This document shows, in pieces, positions 54,807-64,000 of a stretch of 64,000 nucleotides of DNA. Source of the DNA: the human T2T-CHM13v2.0 reference genome, Homo sapiens; assembly GCF_009914755.1 (NCBI RefSeq), contig NC_060928.1; one strand, 5' to 3'. The position numbers were made by a program, and so were the translations under genes. How positions within the stretch are numbered: the first letter of the stretch is position 1; every line of letters begins with the position of its first letter. The notes under the pieces were generated by a model, which worked only from the letters and a program-made list of their open reading frames with translations, searched no databases and was not told where the DNA came from.

Positions 54807-55509
54807 TTTAAATAGAGGCAAATAGAGGGAAGATATTTAGAATAGGAATAAGTTTAGAATTTTATACAGATTTTAATTCTGTTTCCTTCACCAAGTAATT
54901 TTAGACCCTTTGCAATAGTAATCTCAAATACTACAAAAGCAAAAATTATTACAAAAAATTAAGAGGAAATTGTCAATTTATAGCAGGAGGGAGGAGAATA
55001 CTAGGATTAAGAGGAGGGAAAACTTCGTTAGCTTCTTCACAAACAGACAAAGGCGCAACAGAAGATGGTTGCATAGTTCTATGGGTAGTAAAAAGTACAA
55101 ATCTCATTGTTCAAGAAGGAAAAACTCGCATATGACTCTAGGATCTGGGCTAATTTTCTTATGTACATAATTATACAAAAGATTTTGAGCTCTGTATTGA
55201 ATGTTCTTGAGAGTTTCGGTACAGAAAAATTTGAGAAATTCCCTGTAAGTACCTATGTGAAATTATTTTATGAAATCTAAAAGCACAATTTTAGCTGTCA
55301 TAGCATACACGTAAGTTCATAGGAATCAGAATAATATGTCTATTTTCAGAGAATGTGGGTAATGTGCTCAATAAAAGGAGAAATCTCAGAGAATCCAGAG
55401 GAGATTTCAAACCCCAGTACCTACAGGTGCCTGGAATGTAAATGCAAATTAGTAACAGAAGCTGGTTCTAATAAGAATTAATGCCTCTAGAGTGCTTACT
55501 AGGTGAAAG

Positions 55510-55728
55510 GATGTTTAACAGACTTAGTGAATAAAAATAAAAAATGGTCAGTTAAATTTGAATTTCAAACAAATAATGAACAATTTACTTTTTAAATGTA
55601 AGTATGTCCCATGCAATATTTGGCAATATTCTTTTTGTTTGGAGGACATCCTTCACTAAAAACTTATTTATTGTTTATCTGAAATTCAAATCTAAGTGGA
55701 CATTCTGTATTTTATCTGGAAACCCGGT
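55510..55728. mobile_element. MER53 palindromic hAT MITE
   Basis: cagttaaatttgaatttcaaacaaataatg ... ttgtttatctgaaattcaaatctaagtg arms around aagtatgtcccatgcaatatttgg. Confidence 0.88.
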
Positions 55729-55739
55729 CTAAACTTTGA

Positions 55740-55900
55740 ATTATTAATGCATTCAATTCTTAACCTGGCCTGGTAAGTATTTACTTTTTTTTTTTTTTTC
55801 ATTTTACATATGTTAAAACTGAGGCTCAAAGAGGTTACGTAACTTTCTTACATCCACACAGTTAGTGGATCGCGAAGCTGATGCGCAATTCTTGAGGCCC
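55740..55900 (-). mobile_element. MIR
   Basis: cattttacatatgttaaaactgaggctcaaagaggttacgtaactt..cacacagttagt core. Confidence 0.8.
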
Positions 55901-56079
55901 CAGGGCCCCCTGTATTCAACTTCTCTCTAAAGAGACTCTCTTCCTTCACCCATGAATGTGGGTGCAGACCAAAGCCAAATGGAGGAAAATGAAGAACTGA
56001 TATGCAGCAAGACTTCTAGCAAAATATTAAATGTAATAAAATAGCTCTATTAAAATTCCTGCTTCCAATATCACCACAC

Positions 56080-56281
56080 TTTTTTTTTCTTTTCTTTTTT
56101 TTTTTTGAGATGGAGTCTCGCTCTGTTGCCCAGGCTGGAATGCTATTTTTTTTCTATTTTTTAGTAGAGACGGGGTTTACACCATGTTAGCCAGGATGGT
56201 CTTGATCTCCTGACCTCGTGATCCGCCTGCCTCGGCCTCCCAAAGTGCTGGGATTACAGGCGTGAGCCACCATGCCCGGCC
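56080..56281 (-). mobile_element. AluY with most of right arm deleted
   Basis: gttagccaggatggtcttgatctcc; jump at about 56143; TSD aatatcaccacact (56067-56080, 56283-56296). Confidence 0.95.
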
Positions 56282-56319
56282 TAATATCACCACACTTTAA
56301 TTGCTGCCATCCTGCCGTA

Positions 56320-56697
56320 ATGTGATTTTCCTAAAATTTAAAAATGGTGTGATTACTCCAGACTCTTCAGCGGCTCTCAGACCCTACAGAGTTAAGTTAA
56401 ATGACTTCACGTGGTAGAGTAAGCCTTCATAATTTGACCCTGGCCTGCCTGCGTTACTTCATCTCTCTTCCACCTCTGTTATCTCACTCTTTTTAAGTAT
56501 ATGCAGAGGTGTCATGCCTCAGAAATACTGAATTACTTTAGTTCTCTGAATATGAAGGGTGTCAATGTATCTGAAAATTACCCAGAACATAAAAGGGGCC
56601 AAGAGTAAAGCTGTTAAATGAATGAGCAAAGGGTCATTTCAGTATGCATTGATACTCCATTATGACATTTCCTCCTCACTCTTTTTTCCCTGGCAAA
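56320..56697 (+). mobile_element. L2 fragment
   Basis: tgtgattttcctaaaa, aagccttcataatttgaccctggcctgcc. Confidence 0.55.
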
Positions 56698-57344
56698 TTC
56701 TTGTTATCTTGAATATTAATACCTTATCATATGTATGGCAAATGTTTTCTTCATTGCAAATCCTGTCTTTTCACTTTATTGACTGATTTTGTGGTTGCCG
56801 TTGTTGGTAGTGATTTTTTTTGTGAGAAACTTTTCAGTTTGATGCAATCCCATTTGTCTCTTTTTTCTTTTGCTGGCTGTGCTTTTGGGATCATAACCAA
56901 AATAGCTTTGCCACCACCAATGTCAAGAGGCTTTTTCTCTATGTTTGCTTTTAGTGGTTGTGTAGTTTCAGGTCTTACGCTTACATGTTTAAGCCACTCT
57001 AAGTTGATTTTTTTCATAAGAGTTGAAATAAGGGTCCAATATCAGTCTTCTGCATGTGCACATTCAGTTTATTTTTCACCCCCATGTATTGAAGAAACAA
57101 TCCTTTCCCTGTTGAGTGTTCTTGGCACTGCTGTGGAAGATCAATTTACCATAAATATGTGGATTTATTTCTGCACTGTCTTTTTTTGATTGGTCTATAT
57201 GTATGTTTTTGTGCCAGTACTGTGATGATTTCATTACTACATATTTTAGTAAATTTTGAGATCAGATAAGGTGATGCTTCCAGCTTTGTTGTTTTCTTTC
57301 AAGACTGTTTTGACTATTCTGGGTCTTTTGTGATTCTATACGAA
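56698..57344 (-). mobile_element. Inverted 5' segment of a twin-primed L1MA
   Basis: Minus ORF INLEWLKHVSVRPET..DKWDCIKLKSF is L1 ORF2. Confidence 0.92.
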
Positions 57345-57828
57345 CATCTGATGAAGGGTTAATATATAAAATATATTTTAAAAGCTCAAACAACTCAACA
57401 CCAAGAAAACAAAAAACCCAATTTAAAAAATGGGCTAAGAACTTGAATAGACATTTTTCAAAAGAAGGTATAAAAATGGCCAACAGATTTATGAAAAAAT
57501 TCTCAACATTACTAACCATTAGGAAAATGCAAATTAAAAACACAATGAGCTGGTCATGGTGGCTCACACCTGTAATCTCAGCACTTTGGGAGGCCAAGGT
57601 GGGCAGATCACTTGAGGTCAGGAGTTCAAGACCAGCCTGGCCAACATGGTGAAACCCTGTTTCTACTAAAAATACAAGAATTAGCCAGGCATGGTGGCGC
57701 ATGCCTGTAATCTCAGCTACTCTGGAGGCTAAGGCATGAGAATCACCTGAATATGGGAGGCAAAGGCTGCAGTGATCTAAAATTGTGCCACTGCACTCCA
57801 GTCTGTGCCACAGAGACAGACTCTTCTT

Positions 57829-57862
<34 letters not shown>

Positions 57863-58519
57863 TGAGATATTACTTTATAACTGTTAAAATGGCTTTTATC
57901 AAAAAGATAAAAGTGTTGATGAGAATGTGGAGAAAAAGGAATTCTTGTACATTGTTGGTGGAAATTAAAATTAGTACAGTCATTAAGAAAAAAATCATGA
58001 AAGTTCCTCAAAACATTAAAAGCAATACTACTATATCACCCACAATCCCAGTACTGGGTGTATATCCAAAGAACATGAAATCAATATGTCAAAGCTATAT
58101 CTGCCCTCCCATGCTCATTACATTATTATTCACAATAACCCAGATATGGAATCAACCTGTGTTCATTAACTGGGAATAAAGTAAATGTGTTACATATACA
58201 CAATAGAATAGTATTCAGCCTCATAAAAGAAGGAAATCTTGCCATGTGTGATAAGCCAGATGAACCTGAAAGACATTATGCTAAGTGAATTAAGCCAGAC
58301 ACAGAGAGACAAATACGACATGATCTCACTTACAAGTGGAATCTAAAAGAGTTGAATTCATAGAAGCAGACAGTAGAATGGTAGTTATTAGGGGCTAGAA
58401 AAGTAGGAGGAGATGGGAAAATGTTGGCTAAAAGATACCACATTTCAGTTAGACAGAAGGAGTAAGTTCTGGACATCTATTGTACAGCATGGTGACTGTG
58501 TTTAATAATAAAGTATTGT
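57345..58519 (+). mobile_element. Sense 3' segment of the same L1MA, interrupted by an Alu and cut by the L1PA insertion
   Basis: [18 protein letters not shown]; 3' UTR catttcagttagacagaaggagtaagttc, tctattgtacagcatggtgact. Confidence 0.9.
57548..57860 (+). mobile_element. Alu, AluSz-like, with (AC)15 in place of the A tail
   Basis: Full dimer; TSD-like acacaatgag / acacgatgag. Confidence 0.95.
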
Positions 58520-58744
58520 GAGTGGCGCGGAAGATGGGTGATTTCTGCATTTCCAACTGAGGTACTGGGTTCATCTCACTGGGGCTTGTCAGACAGTGGG
58601 GGCAGGACAGTGGGTGCAGCCCACCAAGCGTGAGCTGAAGCAGGGCGAGGCATCACCTCACCTGGGAAGCACAAGGGGTCAGGGAATTCCCTTTCCTAGC
58701 CAAGTGAAGCGGTGACAGATGGCACTTGGAAAATTGGGTGACTC

Positions 58745-58915
58745 TCACCCTAATACTGTGATTTCCAACGGTCTTAGCAAACGGCACACCAGGATATTGT
58801 ATCCCACACCTGGCTCGGAGGGTCCCATGCCGATGGAGCCTCGCTCATTGATAGCACAGCAGTCTGAGATCAATCTGCAAGGAGGCAGCAAGGCTGGGGG
58901 AGGGGTGCCCACCAT
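58745..58915 (-). CDS. ORF0: L1 antisense ORF0 homolog, 56 aa (expression unknown)
   Basis: Manual translation MVGTPPPALLPPCRLISDCCAINERGSIGMGPSEPGVGYNILVCRLLRPLEITVLG* resembles L1 ORF0 (MAGAPPPASLPPCSLISDCC...). Confidence 0.6.
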   Translation of the reverse strand: MVGTPPPALLPPCRLISDCCAINERGSIGMGPSEPGVGYNILVCRLLRPLEITVLG

Positions 58916-59490
58916 TGCTGAGGCTTGAGTAGGTGAACAAAGAGGCCAGGAAACTCAAACTGGGTGGAGCCCATCACAGCTCAAGGAGGCCTACCTGCCT
59001 ATGTAGACTCCACCTCTGGGGGCAGGGCACAGCCGAACAGAAGGCAGCAGAACCCTCTGCAAACTTAAATGTCCCTGTCTGACAGCTTTGAAGAGAGTAG
59101 TGGTTCTCCCAGCACGGAGTTTGAGATCTGAGAACAGACAGACTGCCCCCTCAAGTGGGTCCCTGACCCCCGAGTAGCCTAACTGGGAGGCACCCTCCAG
59201 TAGGGGCAGACTGACACCTAACACAGCCGGGTACCCCTCTGACACAAAGATTCCAAAGGAATGATCAGGCAGCAACATTTGCTGTTAAGCAATATTCGCT
59301 GTTCTTCAGCCTCTGCTGCTGATACCCAGGCAAACAGGGTCTAGAGTGGACCTCCTGCAAACTCCCACTGACCTGCAGCTGATGGTCCTGACTGTTAGAA
59401 GCAAAACTAATAAACAGAAAGGACATCCACACCAAAACCCCATCTGTACATCACCATCATCAAAGACCAAAGGTAGATAAAACCACAAAG

Positions 59491-60462
59491 ATGGGGAAAA
59501 AAACAGAGCAGAAAAACTGAAAATTGTAAAAATCAGAGCTCCTCTCCCCCTCCAAAGGAATGCAACTCCTTGCCAGCAATGGAACAAAACTGGATGGAGA
59601 ATGACTTTGACAAGTTGAGAGAAGAAGGCTTCAGACGATCAGACTTCTCCGAGCTAAAGGAGGAAGTTTGAACCCATCGAAAAGAAGCTAAAAACCTGAA
59701 AAAAAGGTTAGACGAATGGCTAACTAGAATAACCAATGTAGAGAAGTCCTTAAATGACCTGATGGAGCTGAAAACCGTGGCACGAGAACTACGTGATGAA
59801 TGCACAAGCTTCAGTAGCCAATTCGATCAACTGGAAGACAGGGTATCAGTGATTGAAGATCAAACACATGAAAATAAGTGAGAAGAGAAAAAAGAATAAA
59901 AAGAAATAAACAAAGCCTCCAAGAAATATGGGACTATGTGAAAAGACCAAATCTATGTCAGATTGGTGTACCTGAAAGTGACGGGGAGAATGGAACCAAG
60001 TTGGAAAACACTCTGCAGGATATTATCCAGGAGAATTTCCCCAATCTAGCAAGGCAGGCCAACATTCAAATTCAGGAAATACAGAGAACGCCACAAAGAT
60101 ACTCCTTGGGAAGAGCAACTCCAAGACACATAATTGTCAGATTCACCAAAGTTGAAATGAAGGAAAAAATGTTAAGGGCAGCCAGAGAGAAAGGTCAGGT
60201 TACCCACAAATGGAAGCCCATCAGACTAACAGCTGATCTCTCGGCAGAAACTCTACAAGCCAGAAGAGAGTGGGGGTCAATATTCAACATTCTTAAAGAA
60301 AAGAATTTTCAACCCAGAATTTCATATCCAGCCAAACTAAGCTTCACAAGTGAAGGAGAAATAAAATCCTTTACATACAAGCAAATGCTGAGAGATTTTG
60401 TCACCACCAGGCCTGCCCTAAAAGAGCTCCTGAAAGAAGCACTAAACATGGAAAGGAACACC
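59491..60462 (+). pseudogene. ORF1: L1 ORF1p, disrupted and truncated by the LTR
   Basis: QSLQEIWDYVKRPNL...ALKELLKEALNMERN in ORF 59878..60486; N-terminal half frameshifted. Confidence 0.95.
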
Positions 60463-61549
60463 TATTGGGGAACCTTTCCCCAATAGTCACATAGGTTCTT
60501 TTCTATTTTCCTAAACATCAGCTGGGTTGAGAAATAAAGGGACAGAGTACAAAAGAGAGAAATTTTAAAGCCAGGCATCCGGGGGAGACATCACATGTCA
60601 GTAGGTTCTGTGATGCCCTCTGAGCCGTGAAACCAGCAAGTTTTTATTAGTGATTTTCAAAAGGGGAGGGAGTGTACGAATAGGGTGTGGTTACAGAGAT
60701 CATGTGCTTCACAAGGTAATAATAGAATATCACAAGGCAAATGGAGGCAGGGAGAGATCACAGGACCACAGGACTGGGGCGAAATTAAAATTGCTAATGA
60801 AGTTTCAGGCACCATTGTCATTGATAATATCTTATCAGGAGACAGGGTTTGAGAGCAGACAACCAGTCTGACCAAAAATTTATTAGGTGGGAATTTCCTC
60901 TTCCTAATAAGCTTGGGAGCGCTATGGGAGACTGGGGTTTATTTCATCCCTACACCTTGACCATAAAAGACGGCCACACCCAAGAGGGCCATTTTAAAGG
61001 CCTACCCTCAGGGGCACATTCTCTTTCTCAGGGACATTCCTTGCTGAGAAAAAGAATGCAGTGATATTTCTCCCATTTGCTTTTGAAAGAAGAGAATTAT
61101 GGCTCTGCTCCACCCAGCTCACAGGCAGTCAGAGTTTAAGGTTATCTCTCTTGTTCCCTGAACATTGCTGTTATCCTGTTCTTTTTTCAAGGTGCCTAGA
61201 TTTCATATTGTTCAAACACACATGCTCTACAAACAATTTGTGCAGTTAACACAATCATCACAGGGTCCTGAGGCAACATACATCCTCCTCAGCTTACAAA
61301 AATGATGGGTTTAAGAGATTAAAGTAAAGACAGGCATAGGAAATCACAAGGGTATTGATTGGGGAAGTGATAAGTGTCCATGAAATCTTCACAATTTATG
61401 TTCAGAGACTGCAGTAAAGACAGGTGTAAGACATTATAAAAGTATTAATTTGGGGAACTAATAAATGTCCATGAAATCTTCACAATTTATGTTCTTCTGC
61501 CATGGCTTCAGCTGGTCCCTCCATTTGGGGTCCCTGACTTCCCGCAACA
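60463..61549 (-). mobile_element. MER11C-like solo LTR (HERV-K11/HML-8)
   Basis: Minus strand TGTTGCGGGAAGTCAGGGACCCC...GGTTCCCCAATA, 1087 bp, with the typical internal tandem duplication. Confidence 0.93.

Positions 61550-64000
<2,451 letters not shown>

Noticed and set aside
54020-54812. LTR1 flanks ctac vs ttta do not match directly
   Set aside because: ttta lies 4 bp further out on the left, so a small indel explains it; no evidence of rearrangement.
57262-58011. Longest ORF (249 aa, minus strand)
   Set aside because: Antisense read-through of L1MA, (TG)n and Alu; not a gene.
61320-61495. Internal tandem duplication in MER11C
   Set aside because: Recalled as part of the MER11 consensus.

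Overview
AT-rich primate genomic DNA, most likely human or another ape (AluJ/S/Y, an L1PA3-type 3' end, an L1PA4-6-type element, HERV LTRs). It consists mostly of transposable-element remnants: about 17 Alus, several L1/L2/L3/MIR pieces, ERV1/ERVK/ERVL/MaLR LTRs and MER DNA transposons. I found no credible host protein-coding exon, RNA gene or CRISPR array; the longer ORFs in the track are L1 ORF1/ORF2 fragments or Alu/LTR/L2 read-through. LTRs occur in both orientations, which fits an intergenic location. I cannot support a new biological system here. The notable signals are structural: (1) a MER11C solo LTR with intact ends but no target-site duplication, replacing about 590 bp of its host L1; (2) an AluJ scrambled by a templated insertion and a fold-back inversion; (3) two twin-primed L1s; (4) an unusually long L2 with endonuclease and RT remnants; (5) an L1 ORF0 with both splice donors; (6) a (GAT)n/(ATC)n palindrome; (7) small CpG-retaining candidate enhancers. 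Subfamily calls come from recalled consensus sequences, not alignments, and boundaries of old elements are approximate.
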